From: Octopus vulgaris
Lineage: Eukaryota
NCBI GenBank assembly: GCA_951406725.2
Contig: OX597823.1
Span: 36,394,001 to 36,458,000, forward strand
Reading direction: 5' to 3'
DNA: 64,000 nucleotides
In this document: positions 38,081 through 52,029 of the stretch, one piece after another
How positions within the stretch are numbered: the stretch's first letter is position 1
Layout of the letters: every line of letters starts with the position of its first letter
Translations under genes and position numbers: made by a program
Notes under the pieces: model-generated
Seen by the model: only the letters and a program-made list of their open reading frames with translations
What the model was told of the DNA's origin: nothing
Databases searched by the model: none

Positions 38081-41050
38081 TGCTGTTTAGTGAAACTGTA
38101 CACCCCTCCCGGTAAAAAGTGGTAGTAGCCAGCCATTATAAATAGACCAGTAGCTGGTTGACAGCAGAAGGTCAGAAGGTTGAGAGTATGTGTAAACTGT
38201 TGATAGTCGTGTCTGTGCTGATTTAGTAATTATGCTGTGATACTGAGTGGACTTATAATGATCAAACCCTTTGAGGATAATAACACTGTATGACTGGGGG
38301 TCATACAGTGTCAGATAGAACCATTCTATTGATGATTTCAGAATATAACAATATCTGTCAGAGTGACAACGGGTGTCAAAAGACAGATGCAACAGTGGTA
38401 AAAGATTGCTTTACAACACTGGCGATAAGAAAAACACAAATTTATGCAACGTGAAAAAAAAAACATTCACACGGAGAGTTTCAACTAATTCATGTGGAAA
38501 ATTAGATACCTTGACAAAAAAGAAACAATAATCTTGTGCAAACTAACGAAAATGTTAAAATACAGAAGACTTGTTAGCTGGGATAGTTGAGTTGCAAAAA
38601 CAGCAACAACAACAAAGATTGCAGCAGCAAATGTTGCACTAATGAAGTTGATAACCAAACCGGAGAATACATTTTCACCTGACCATGTAGCAAATTCCAT
38701 AAGCGAATTCAAATATGACCTCAAAGAAGGAGTAACCTTTGAGGCTTACTTTCGAAGATTTCAAAAAATTTTTGAAAAAGAATGTCAGGACTGGATGGAC
38801 GAAATGAAAACGTGTCTAGTTTTAAGAAAATTAGCAGCAGCAGAGCATGAGAAGTATAGTAACTTCATATTGCCATAAAAAGTGTCTGACATAAATTTCA
38901 CCAACACAGTTGACATTTTGTGCAAAATGTTTAGTGAAAGGAGCTCACTATTTGATACTAGATGGAAACGTTAAAACATAGAAAAGAGCGAAGATGAAGA
39001 CTTCACTACTTACACAGGTAGAGTCAACAAAGAATGTGAGAGATTTAGGCTGGATATGCTTACTCCAGATTCTTTCAAGTGTTTGATTTTTGCACAAGGA
39101 TTGACAGATAAAAGGGATGCAGAAATCCAAATGAAAATTCTATCAAAACTGGAAATGAACCAAGATTTGACATTGCAGAAACTGTTGGAAGGGTGTGACA
39201 GGATATTAGAATTAAGAGGCATGACACGGAAGAAATTCTACAGAAAGAGTGTTTTCACATAAGACCAGTGCAAAAAGGTCAGAAGACAAATAAAGTGTTG
39301 CAGGAAAAACAGAAAAAATATTGGGATGTGGGCCCATGTATGGGCATGTGGTAGGATGCACTTGAAAAGAGATTGTCCATGTAAAAAACAAGGTGTTTTT
39401 GATGTGGGTATACAGGACATTTAAAATCACACTGCAAAACTAGAATGATAGGAAATTGGGACAAACAAGAAAAAATAAATGGTTTGTCAGCAGGAAAAGT
39501 TGTGACTACAACAAACAGAAAATTCATGAATGTGAGAATTGAAACCACTAGCATCAGAATGCAATTAGACACGGGAAGAGACATCACAATCATAAATGAG
39601 AAAAGATGGGAACAAATAGGTTAGCCAAAATTATGTAGTTCAAACAAAATACTGTGCAGTGTTATGGGAAGAGAATTATATTTTACAGGTGAATGTGTTT
39701 GTAATATAATATTCAAAGGTCAAACCAAAAAAGTAAATGTTTATGTGTGGAAAAAACCCATGAATTTATGGAGAAATTTGATTTATAGGATACACCCATA
39801 AGCACTTTGTGCAATAGCGTAAATGGAGCAGTCAGACAATTGAACGAAGTCGATGAACTGAAACAAAATAAGTGATGTGGAACATCGTGCGTGAACTAGC
39901 AGTAACTTTGGAAGAAATGTAAAGAAATGTGAGAAAGGACAAATCTATTAATGAGACACAAAGAAAACTGTGGTCGACAAAAGGAAATAATGAAAGGTCT
40001 GATGAAAAGAATTGCCAAGAAGTGAGTATGTACTCTATGTCTGATAGTGTAATAATGTATGCTCAGAGGGTGATCATACCACAGGTATTACAGAAGATAA
40101 TGCTAAAGGAGTTCTATGTGGGACATCCAGACATCTCTAGAGTGAAAGTGCTGATGTGAAGTTTCATATACTGGCCAAGAATTGACAATGAAGTTGAAAA
40201 CCTGGTAAAAGACTACAGAGGATATGTACTAGCAATGGAACTACCAACTACAAAATGTGAACCTTGGCTGGAAGAGAAAATTTCATGGCCCTGATTGCAT
40301 ATCGATATTGCAGGCCTAGTAAATGGATATTATTACTTAATAGTAGTGGAGAGCTATACAAAATGGCCTGAGGTCATGAGGTGTAAACGACCAATCTCAT
40401 ATATGGTAATAAACTTCTTACACAAGGTGTTCACAAGATTTGGTGTACCAGATATATTATTGTCTCTGATAATGGAACATAGTTTGTATCTTGTAAGTTT
40501 AAAAGATTCTGTGAGATGTTCACATTAGAACATAAAATTTTAGCACCGTATCACTCTAGATTGAATGGAAGGGCTGAATGGTTCATGGACACTTTTAAGA
40601 GAATTTTAAAGAAAGCTAATAAGGAAGCCATAGATGAGGTCATGATCCAATAATTCTTAAAGGTATACAGGGTAACTCCAAACTCAAATGTGCCAGCAGA
40701 ATTAATGTTTGTCAGAAACGTGAACTCAGTATTCAATAAACTGTTACCAGTGAAGAAAAAAGATGTGCTAGTACAGACATACCAAAATTCATTAAAATCA
40801 GTGATAAGGTATATGTAAGAATGTACTGAAATAGCAAGCAATACTGGGAAGAAGGAGAAATTGTAACATACGTAGGAAGAATAATGTATGGTATAAGAAG
40901 ACATAGAAATCAGCTTATGGAAAGAGTCATAGAAAAGGAATCAACAAGAGTAGAAATAACCAATGAATTGGGTACTAGACACTTTTTAGGTTCCAACCAC
41001 ATCTACAAGGAAAAGGAAGAACACTGAATTCCTAAAAGTAGACCCTAAGA
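38081..41050 (+). mobile_element. Decayed Gypsy (Mag/K02A2.6-like) LTR retrotransposon: 5' LTR, PBS, gag, protease, integrase; RT/RNase H not seen
   Basis: LTR-like tg..acaaca (38081-38418) then tggcga PBS-like; gag FEAYFRRF..LVLRKL; MQLDTGRDITI; GHPDISRVK..YWP; HIDIAG..YTKWPEV; FGVPD..SDNGT; no 3' LTR found. Confidence 0.85.
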
Positions 41051-41393
41051 AACCATTCCAAAACCTGCATAGGTTGGACAGAGTTTATTGAGGTAGATAT
41101 TCAATGGCTGTCACCAACCATCATCTGTTTCCAAGCAAGGTAATATTTCTCATGGCCAGACATATTGGAAATGAATGACACTGCTTGTATGACAGTGACA
41201 CTCATTTACAGCTATCATGCAATGTCAAAACAAAGAAACAAAACATACACGCACACTTACACACATATATGTACACACACACACACAACACAGAGTTTGA
41301 ATATGAAATGTTGTTCTCTCTGTTTCCTTCTGTATGTGGATCCATGTTGTGTGGAAATGCCACACACTGATAAGATGAATGATGGAATATATA

Positions 41394-42680
41394 CAGGGTG
41401 GGGAAGCAAAATTTACAATATTTGAGGCAGGGATTGAAAGACTGTATGACCAATTAGTTTATTGAAAGTTATGAGAATTTATTTGCCACAAGAAAATTTA
41501 CATAATAGAAAATGTTTTTATTCTATGTGTTCTCCTTCTTTCTCAATAACTGCCTTCACATGCTTCCTGAAACTTGCACAAGTGTTCCTCAAAAATTCGG
41601 GAGACAACTTCTCCCATTCTTCTTTAATAGTATCTTTAAGAGAGCCGACATTGCTGTGTGATGTTCTATTGGTAGCATGTTCTAAAACGCCCCAAATTGC
41701 ATAATCCAGTGGGGTTAGATCTGGGCTAGAAGACGGCCATAAACATGATTCCAAAAAATTGCTAAAGTTGGATTTACTGAAATCTTGTATTTTTCTAGCT
41801 GTGTGGGCTGGAGCACCATCCTCTGTCCATACATAATTACCATCTGGGCAGTTTGCTTTAAGCCATGGCAATACCTGGTTTCTCAGAGTCTTGTAGTAAG
41901 TATTAACATTGATCTTTTCATCAGCTTTGTAGAATTTTGTAAGCATTTTCTTTCCATCGGAAGCCACAACACCAAAAGCCATAACTTGAGCAGGATGTTT
42001 TGTTTTGAATGTCCCCTTAAACTCAGCTGTCGATTTTGTGATGAATCTGTCATTTCTGCGGTTCAGAACAGCATCGACAGTGAAGATCTTTCCATCTGAA
42101 AAGATTGTTATAATGGAGGACTTTTTCTTGAACCATGTAATAATTTTCTTGCACCTTTCCAATCTCTTTTCCTTCATAACTGTTGTCAACAAGTATTTTG
42201 GTGTTCTTGTGCAAGATTTTAACCTCAAATCATATTTTACTGCATTTCTAATGGTCTTGTTGTCTACCTCAAGTTCAATTGCCATTTTTCTCATGGATTT
42301 GGTTGGCTCCTTTAGGATTTTGGATTTGAGAGATTTAATAAAAGCTTTGGTACGTTTTTTGTTGATTCCTCCACTTCCAGACTTCGTCGTAATAGTTTTG
42401 CTCATAGTCATTCTATTCTTTACATTATAAACTGTCTTTATGGACACTCCAACTATTCTTGAAATCTCCTTTGGTGTGACGAGTGCATTCAGCAAATCAC
42501 AAACTTTTTGACATTTGCTTTCCTGATTACTCAAATGGGCAAAAGTTTCGGAAAAGGTAAGCATAATAGTGTTAGGTATGGTTATGACATCAATATATGC
42601 TAGGTTTCAAAACAATTGACTTAGTGCCTGCTGAGAAAAAACAACTTAACGTTCATTGTAAGTTTTGCTTCCCCACCCTG
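41394..42680 (-). mobile_element. Full-length DD37D (maT-like) Tc1/mariner transposon, 1287 bp
   Basis: 26-bp TIRs cagggtggggaagcaaaa(t/c)ttacaat (25/26 match), TA on both sides. Confidence 0.95.
41518..42564 (-). CDS. DD37D transposase, 348 aa, uninterrupted
   Basis: HTH (TPKEISRIVGVSIKTVYNV); catalytic FSD, EDGAPAH and SPDLTPLDY with 37 residues between the 2nd and 3rd Asp. Confidence 0.88.
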   Translation of the reverse strand: MLTFSETFAHLSNQESKCQKVCDLLNALVTPKEISRIVGVSIKTVYNVKNRMTMSKTITTKSGSGGINKKRTKAFIKSLKSKILKEPTKSMRKMAIELEVDNKTIRNAVKYDLRLKSCTRTPKYLLTTVMKEKRLERCKKIITWFKKKSSIITIFSDGKIFTVDAVLNRRNDRFITKSTAEFKGTFKTKHPAQVMAFGVVASDGKKMLTKFYKADEKINVNTYYKTLRNQVLPWLKANCPDGNYVWTEDGAPAHTARKIQDFSKSNFSNFLESCLWPSSSPDLTPLDYAIWGVLEHATNRTSHSNVGSLKDTIKEEWEKLSPEFLRNTCASFRKHVKAVIEKEGEHIE

Positions 42681-43594
42681 TATGTATATCATCATCATCA
42701 TCATCATCATCACTATTTTTCATCTGCTTCTGCTTGCAAGCGCTAGAAAGTTTGACAGGATGCAACAGGTCAGAGAACCATGTCTTGCTCTCATTTATAT
42801 ATAGATCTATCTATCTATCTATATGTCTGTCTGTCTGTCTGTTGATCTAACTTTCTATTTATCCATCTATATACATATTTTTTTTTGATGTAGTTTCAGC
42901 TCAGAGCTGCGACCATGCTGATGCACCGCCGTTTATATCTACATATATACATGCATATAAACATATATATATATGGATCAAAACAGTTTGATTCAAATTT
43001 GTTGGTACTCCAAAAGTTTCAAGCATGATGCTAATCTTCAGCCATTTTGAATTTGAATGAAAGAAGTTGATTGTTATTACTGTAAGGTGGGCAGTGATTG
43101 CTTGAGGAAGGTCATGTGGTGTCGTGGTTTGATGTTGGTATAACCATATATCAGTGATGACAGTTAGTTTGAAAATACCATATGGTGGACAGGAAGTAGA
43201 CCACATAGTGGGTAGGAAACTGACCATGTTGTAGACAGGAAATCTGTCAGGTTGTTGGAAGGGAGGTAGGAAGGGGCAGTGTGTGCTAATATATAGTTGT
43301 GTATGTGGGTGTTTGGATGTGCTCATATGGTCTTGTGTGCATGTCTGTATTAATGTGAGCATGCACATCTGTACATGGGTGCATATGCACATGCCCCCCC
43401 ACATAAGCATACATATAGATATACGAACAGTCATGCATATGCATGCACACACACACACGCATGCACATACACACAACCACACATGTGCATGAATTCATAT
43501 GTACAATGCATGCATGCATATTAGTGTGCACATGCATATGTGCACCTGCACCCACACGCATACATCAGTATAATGCGTATGACAAGAGTTAGGG

Positions 43595-43690
43595 TAGGTA
43601 AGTGTTGGGGGTAGGTAAATGTTGGGAATTGGTAAGCATTGGGGATTAGCAAGTGTTGGGGATTGGTATGTGTTGAGGGTTGGTAATTGG
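43595..43690. repeat. G-rich ~18-bp minisatellite, ~5 copies
   Basis: ggtaagtgttgggg(a)tt variants. Confidence 0.6.
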
Positions 43691-45138
43691 TCATCCTGCT
43701 CATAAGGTTGGTTGGTGATGGTGACCTTGGTGCAGAGTAGCAGCTGGTACTAAGGTGGTATATCTGGGTTGTCGACAGTCAGAGATTTGAAATTTGCCAG
43801 AAGGGCACACCACTGGTGACAGCAATAAGATAAATCATATTTCTTATTGATGAATACTGTGGGTTGTTGGAGGATATGTAGTTTTCATGGAGGCAGAACT
43901 GGCAGTTGGGGGTGCTGGGTGAATATGGTGGACAAATAAGCAGGATCCAACAAGAATGAAAATAAAATTATAAAAAAGATTATAAGAATTATAAAATTAT
44001 AAACAAAATTAAAAATTAATTTATGCACTTCTCCCACCTTCCAATACATCATCTCCCTATTTTTCCCTATTTTACCTCTAGTTTTATTATTCTGCTGCCC
44101 TCTATCCTTTTTGCATTGTCTCTTATCACCTCCTTCTTCTTGAGTCACTCCTTATTTCTTTCATCTTCCTCACCAAACTCATATTTAGCAACAAACATGC
44201 CTTGATACTTCTGCTTGCAAGGGCTAGAAAGTTTGACAGGATGCAACAGGTCACTACATTCACCTCTATCTCAATCTTTAATCATCTACCAGTCTCCCCT
44301 CATATTCTTACAAACTTACCACCTATCCTTCTCAATCCTCTGTCTCTATTCCCTCTTCTATTCACCTTCTTGTACTTTGTGGGTATGCTCTAACACTTCA
44401 CCACCACCTTCTTTACTTCTCTTTCCAGTTACTCACACCCACCTTAATGTGGGGTAGCCATATATTTCCTCTATAGCAAAACCTATGTTCCTGTTCCTCT
44501 ATCATACTTTAGCCTCTCAAATCCTGGCATAAAGCCTACTCAATTGAAGGTTGTTCTTTCTCTTTGTTTTGCAAGTTACTTGGTAACCTCACTAGTGCTG
44601 GTGCTATAAAAAAGAAAGCACCCAGTACACTCTGTAACACTTTACAGAGTGTACTGGCATTAGGAATTCAACCATAGAAATCATGCCAAAGCAAATACTG
44701 GAGCTTGATCAATTCTCCAACTCTTCAGATCCTATTGAACCATCCAACGCAAGCCAGTATGGAAAAGTGATATTAAATGATGATGATAAAGAGGAGGAGG
44801 AAGATAAAGATATGCACTTACACAGTTCACTCCTCCCTACCCTTTCACTTATGAGCATTAACTACACAAAACCTTGACACTCACCAGACTTAATTTCTAT
44901 GAAAGGAGACCAGAACACACTGTGTAAGGAGGACAAAACAATTTATTATTAGCAAACAACATCAACATATCAAGTCACAACAGCATATCAAGAAACACAT
45001 CAACATACTTGAACTTACTGAACACTATACAACCTCAGGACTTTAATTCTCTCACACACACACACTCGTTGATGGTAAGACAATCTCTATAGTGCTGGTG
45101 TTAAGAAAATATGTTCCGGAACAAGCACCATTAATACC

Positions 45139-45372
45139 TATTTCTTTACTACCCACAAGGAGCTAAACACAGAGGGGACAAAGAAGGACAGACAAACGGA
45201 TTAAGTCAATAATATCGACCCCAGTGCGTAACTGGTACTTATTTAATCGACCCCAAAAGGATGAAAGGCAAAGTCGACCTCGGCGGAATTTGAACTTAGA
45301 ATGTAGCGGCAGACGAAATACCGCAAAAGCATTTCGCCCAGTGTGCTAATGTTTCTGCCAGCTCACCGCCTT
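45139..45372 (-). mobile_element. SINE family B, full-length with perfect 15-bp TSD
   Basis: TSD agcaccattaatacc at 45124-45138 and 45373-45387; B-box-like aagttcaaattcc on minus; CpGs retained. Confidence 0.92.
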
Positions 45373-48300
45373 AGCACCATTAATACCATATTCTTTGTGA
45401 GACAAGTTCAAGTGAAGTACATTGCTAGGAGTAAGCTCTTATACCTATCATTCTATATTCACTAACTTGGCTGCCAAAAATTATGATACACTGATGTGAA
45501 GGTACTCAGTTATTGTTGTGATTGTTTAGACTTTAAATTCAGCTCTGACTGAGCTGACATATGAAGGTGCTCAGTTATCATTGTTATTGTTGAGCTGTGA
45601 GACTCAGTTGTGATGTAGCTGAAGTAATCTAACTTTGACTGTCCTCTCATTCCTTCAGCTACAATGTAGTTAAGCGTACAGTCTCTAATATATTCTTCCA
45701 AGATGATTGGTTATGATTTGAGGGTGATTTGGTTGTTATTCTTAATATTTTAAGTAACCATGTAGTGGTTTATGTAGAGGTTCCCTTGTTTGCTCATGTT
45801 GAGACTCTCACCCTGGCTTGTATAACACTTTAGCTATGTGGTTATAAAGTCTCTCTTGGTTTACTATGGAATCTTGGACATCATTATATAACATATGTTG
45901 CGTGTTATACAAAAAGCATGTTTTGCATGTAATACAAAAAACAAACTTTAAAATAACAGCGAGACTTTATTCCTTTGCTAAATTATACTGTGGACCAAAT
46001 AACAAATCATAGATTCTGGAGGTTGTATAGTTCGTCCATCATTTGGGTAATTAGGCTCTGGCTGCCATTGGTTACAAGTGCTGCATTATAGCAGCAGAAA
46101 AATATCACGATGCATCCTCCTGTAATCCTCTCACCTCTCTGTCATGGAAGTTTTGTTAAGGTTGTGTATAGGCAGACATAGGCTCTCAGTGATGGTTCAA
46201 GTTAGTTATTTAGAAAGTATTACATACAACATGATTGGATCCGATATCCATATCCCATGCAGTATTCGATCAATCAAAATACAGGACTCAACCAAATGTT
46301 CCAAACTCACATGATAGGTCAAACTAGGCTAGTTAACTACAAAATGTCACAACAGAAATGGGTCTCACTACAACACTATAGAAATACAAAACATTGAGAG
46401 GAAACCATTAGTGCTCAAAACTGTAATTATTACTATAATTATGTAATTATGTCTACTTAATCTTCTTCAAGCAAAAATTGAACTTCTGTCCTCATTAATG
46501 AAATATTCATAATCTAGGAAAAGAAATTGCAGGGAGATACTCCAACTAATGGAAATAAACAAAATATGCAATTCTGTCTCATAAATCTAGAATAGTTTCA
46601 ATTTTTATAGCAGATTTATTGTCTTAAGACAACCTATGTGCAATATACACGGATTTTACATACAAGCTACATACATGGCTGCTTGACTTGCAAGAAATAG
46701 CAGCCAAATTTCCTTCAACTTACATCCTGTAGTTTTCAATAAAGAATCGGTATATTAGATAATATCCTACACCCACAAAATGACAAGAATGCCTCAACTG
46801 AAATACCTTTTATAGTTGTTATGTTTGATTAGAACTGACCTGGGACTAAATAACAACAACAACAACAACTATGACAGCAATAGTCGCAACAACAACAATG
46901 ATATATCAACGTAAATTTTGGTTTGGATTGAACTCAGCTCTTTATCTCAATGTATTTATCCTCCATACCACAGACTGGTTGTTTAAATGTTGGGAAATAT
47001 GAATTTATTCACCAAATAAATCAAACTGCTTTAGAAAAGTGAATGTAGACATGTTAAAATACTTTATAATCATTGCATTGATCCTCTTTGAGTGGATGTA
47101 TGGAATGAAGTTATGTAGCCAATCCTGATGGGTATATAGCCATTTTAATCCAGTAAAGACCAGTGATCTTCAAAGTCTTATGGAAGGAAGCAGGGAGAAG
47201 ATGGAAATGTTAGTAATTTTACTCTGAAACTCTTTTCCCCCAATATCATTTATCTGACTTTGACATGGAGAATTGATTTGTTGTTATTAAAAGTCAGTAA
47301 CCCTCTAAATCTCTTTCAGCTACTTTGTCTTCTTCATATGGCTATTTTCCTTACATTCACAAAGATGCTATGATTGCAAATATTGATTTTTTTCCTTTAG
47401 TTTTATGCCTATTTTATTGAAGGAGAAAATATAATTGAAAATATTGAACTTACCCAATTGCTGGTATTTCTTTTCATTGATTTACTAGCAGCAAAAATAA
47501 AGTTCTTCAAAGATTTGAACTAAGAAACATCAGCTTATATGTTTGTCTAATCCAGAATGTTTCAGCTGTTAGTATTTAGATATATAATGGGTCTATCTTT
47601 AGAGGCCTCTACCACAATACTCGATGTATCTAAAACTACATCTAGGATCTGAATTGAGGGGAATGGGTATTCTTTTCACAACTCAAAGATATTGAGTAGT
47701 ATATAATCTCTTACTTGGTTCTCATAAGATCTACCTTCTTGTATTACTCCCATACAATAGTTTCTTTTCAGTTTCAATAATATAATCAGAGCTATATTCT
47801 ACATTTCAACCTTACACTGAAAAGCTTTGCCTGTGTTTGTTTAGACTTCACTTCCTTCACTACTTACCTAACTTTCAGTAACAACTTCGTTCTTCTTGGC
47901 ATGAATCCCCTCTTTCTTATTCTTCTAAGTTCATCTGTTGTCTTTACTCAAATTCCTCTAATTACCATCAGCTATTTGATTATCTCACTTCTTGTATTGA
48001 AAATATGAATGTTCTTTATTTCTCTTTGAAGTGACTATCCCTGGTTGTGTTGATGAATATAATTTCTCCCAGCTCTTGTATTTTGTTATGGCAGAAGTTG
48101 TGCACAACAGTGTAAGAATAGTATTACCTGAATAAATATTTGGATATGGTTATCTAGAATAAGCTTTTGCAGAATTAATATGTTCACACAGAATGCACTC
48201 TATACTACTCCAAACATAGTTATGATATTAAACTAACACAATAACCAATATGGATGATCAACACTGTCAACAACTTACAGTTCACACAGTTTCTTTATTT

Positions 48301-48574
48301 TATTGAAATGCATTCGTCCACTTTCGGTCACTTGGGGATGGTCAGGATCCTTCCACAACACATTTCATCTTCACTTCTACTACAGAGGCTGAACCATTTA
48401 CCACCCTCAGCTGTTTGCATCATTTAGTATCCACTCCACCTCATATTCTTTTGAATATGATTGCTGTAGGTGCTGTAGTCTCCCTATTTTCATTAGACTG
48501 GTCTGGAGTACAAATTCAATCCATGGCCCTTGAAGCCCCACTCTCAAACATGAACATACGTGTGCACATGCACG

Positions 48575-48611
<37 letters not shown>

Positions 48612-50709
48612 TCAATGCCACATCCAAAAGATAGTTGTAAGATCAATTGATAAAAATTCACTTCAATGCTTCAACTATGATGACTTTTACAGACAACACA
48701 GTTTCCTTTCTTTGTCTTGTCTAGTGCTACTGTAATGGCCTTTGTTCTTTTGAACCAGCCATCTGACTTCTGCACCATGTAGGCCCACCACATCCCTTTA
48801 TCTCTTCTCTTCCCATCATCACTATTGTCTCATCTCCCAAATCTTGTACTCAGTCTTTCTTCATCAGAATTTCAACTCTCTTCAATTCCCCCTCTCATTG
48901 GTTTGTTGAGATTTAAAGTGAACTTGACCACCTTATCACAAAAACATTAATCTAATTACTCTGAACTCAACCACATTAATATAACCATCATCCCTACACT
49001 CAAATATGTTAATCTGACTTGCAAAACTCATAGGAACTGCTTTCATTGTTTTGACTAGCCCATAAAAATTTCATTCTGAATAATTTCTGATTCTTTATGA
49101 AGATCTTGAATGCCTTCAAATTTTTATTTCATGCAATAATAGGGAACCTTAATTCAAGAAATAACTTTCAGGTGAATTTTTCTGCAATATAGTTTCAATA
49201 ACCTATTGATATCAATGACTTCCAATACTCTAATAATATTCTTGGCAAAGTCATCAATGACCAACAAGGCTATTTCCATAGCACTGACAGTCACTTCCTT
49301 GACATTTCATTTAATTTTTTTCCCGTTAATCATCTGAGAGATGAAGAAATGGTTGTAACATTCATACTCCCCTTCCTGCCTTTGTATCCAATCTGTACCT
49401 GTGAAACTATCCATACAACTTGTCTGCATATATTTCATCAAAATTTTTGTGCCACCAGTTACACCTTTCCAAATCACTTTCCTTGTTACTCATCCCACAT
49501 TCGCATCATCATCCATTTCTACATTATTTTCCACTGAACACCTCATTCCTTTGAACTCTCTCACATAACTGCATCGCTCCCCACTCTTATCAATCACAAT
49601 GTCTGCTCCTGCAAGCCTCTGACCTCCATGCCTATCACTGTGCATCTCTTTCCCTACACCACTTCACATCATCTCCCTATTTCACATCTATCTATTGTTA
49701 TATAATATCACTACTCTCCACCTCACTTTCTTTTGTACTGTCACTTATCACTTTCTCTTCTCTACACTTTTACCTTGTCCCTCAATCTGAGATTTTCCAC
49801 TGACCACATCTCTGTCTGTTAATCCTCATCTCCACCTGTCACTCCCCTTTCGTATTCTTGCAAACCTACCTATCCAATCATCCTCAACTGTCTGTCCCCT
49901 CATATAATCACCTTCTAGTGTCTTGAGGGTACACTTTGACATCTCACCTCTACCATCTTTTCTCTCTTTCTTTCTGGAGTAGCCATGTGTCTCCTCTACA
50001 GAGAGATACCTATTCCAGTCCCTCTATTATACTTTAGCCTCTCAACCTCTGACACAAAACATCTCACTCAATACTGCACCCCAGCTCAATTGAGGGGGTC
50101 TTGTCTTGTGAGTTACTTGGGGATTTCACCCATCCAGGTGTCACAAAAAGAGCATCAAGTATAAGATAAATTGTTTCTTGGATTCTTAGTCAGGAATTGA
50201 AATCTTAGTCTAGATTTTTCTATGAGATACTTTCCATTGTTCTCAGTATAAGCACTTAGAAATTTGTGAGAGTCAGCATCAAACTCAGATAAGTTCTGTT
50301 GTTTAAGTAAACATTCTTGTCTTAAATACAGATTAACTTCTTATTGTTCTCCAACCTACCTTTAATGTCCCAACATGTAAAAATACAAACCCTCTTGGAA
50401 TATTTGGGGACAGTAATTTTCACTTTCAGATGTTACACATATTTCTATTTATAACAAATAACCTGTTCTTAACATCTGCAACAGAGGCAGTTATTGCTAA
50501 AGGTGCACAAGTTTTTCATTGTTATTTTCCACTTACCATTGTAAAACAGCCAACTACTACAACCTTCTGTATATTGACCATAATGCTAAATTCACAGGAA
50601 AACAAAATCTGTAAGAAATAACTTTCTTCTTTCTGCTGATTTTTATGGTGCATATTATACTGTCTCATGAAGATTAAATAATCTAACAGTAACACAACTA
50701 GTTACAAAT

Positions 50710-50885
50710 AAACACTGTAAAGTAGCTGATGTTAGGAAGGGTGTCCAGCTATCAAAACCATGCCAAAACAGACATTGGAGTTCAATGCAGTCTTCTGGTT
50801 TGTCGAATCCTTTTGGACTATCCAACCCATGCCAGCACAGAACATGGATGTTAAAAAATGGTGATGACGATGATGAGGATGAAAA
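50710..50885 (+). mobile_element. RTE-type 3'-end fragment, decayed
   Basis: ttaggaagggtgtccagct..tccaacccatgccagca..gatgttaaa..gatga. Confidence 0.6.
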
Positions 50886-52029
50886 TGACAATGATGTTGT
50901 AAACACTGGTTTATATTAAATGCTTGATTATATTGCCTTGAACACAATAGCACCTACTATCCAGGAATGCTGGACTCACATTTAGAATGCACTTGCATAT
51001 AAAAAATTTGAGTGCATTTAGAAAAATAAACTACATGCCAGAGATGAGAAATAAGCAACTGAATATAGCATTATGCTACGTATTAAAAAATCTGGAGTTC
51101 AAATCTATTTTAAGTATTTTAGTAAGTGATTTGAGCAGTATGCTCATTTCTGCATGATTCAATTTTCCTAATCATCAGAATATATACCAGAACATCTGAG
51201 ATGAACCAACGTCTTAGTCTAAAAGAAATCTATCTCTTGTCTTCTTAATTACCAGAAAATCTGAACAAATGTACGAAAATTTGAACTAGCTGGTGAGGAA
51301 AACTTAATATCAGGTGAGAAATGTTTTAAACTGCTCTCACAAATCACAGCAAATAATAAATTATCAAAAACACTCCACAAGTTATAACATGCTGCACACA
51401 CACATACTCTCTCTCTCCCTCTCTTTCTCCCCCCTCTCTATCTCTCTCCGTCCTTGAGCCAGTGGCACAACAAAAGGAAAATAGTATAAAATATAAAAAA
51501 GACTAATTAGGTATATGAGGTTCAGTTAAAGGCTGCAGTCCATGCAATTCAATGCAAACACTTAATATGAAGCACGAATATAATGACTTGTCAATCCTTT
51601 TGACTTCCTTTTACACAAGAAATCAGGTCAAAACTTAACACAACACCTTACAAGGAAACTTTAAAACTACTTACTGGTGCACTTCACGTGGAAATTTTTA
51701 AAAACTGCTTCAGTAGAAAAATACAGAAAACTTAAATATCCTATTTCTGTACAAAAAGATTATGAATCATATTTTTCAATAAGGTCAAACATAAATATGG
51801 ATTTTCTAAATCCTTAAATTATTTTTTTAAAAACACAACATGTGATTAGAATATGGCAGGAAAGAATCATAATAGCGTATTCAAGCCAAGCCAACTTGCA
51901 AGAAAGGGAAGATCATGAATGAAATTTTGATAATATCCATAGTTTCAGTTGGTCATGTTTGGGAATCCAGCTGGAAAGTTTAATGATGGTTGCTTCTGAT
52001 AGGACCCTATAGAAGAACACATGATCTAT

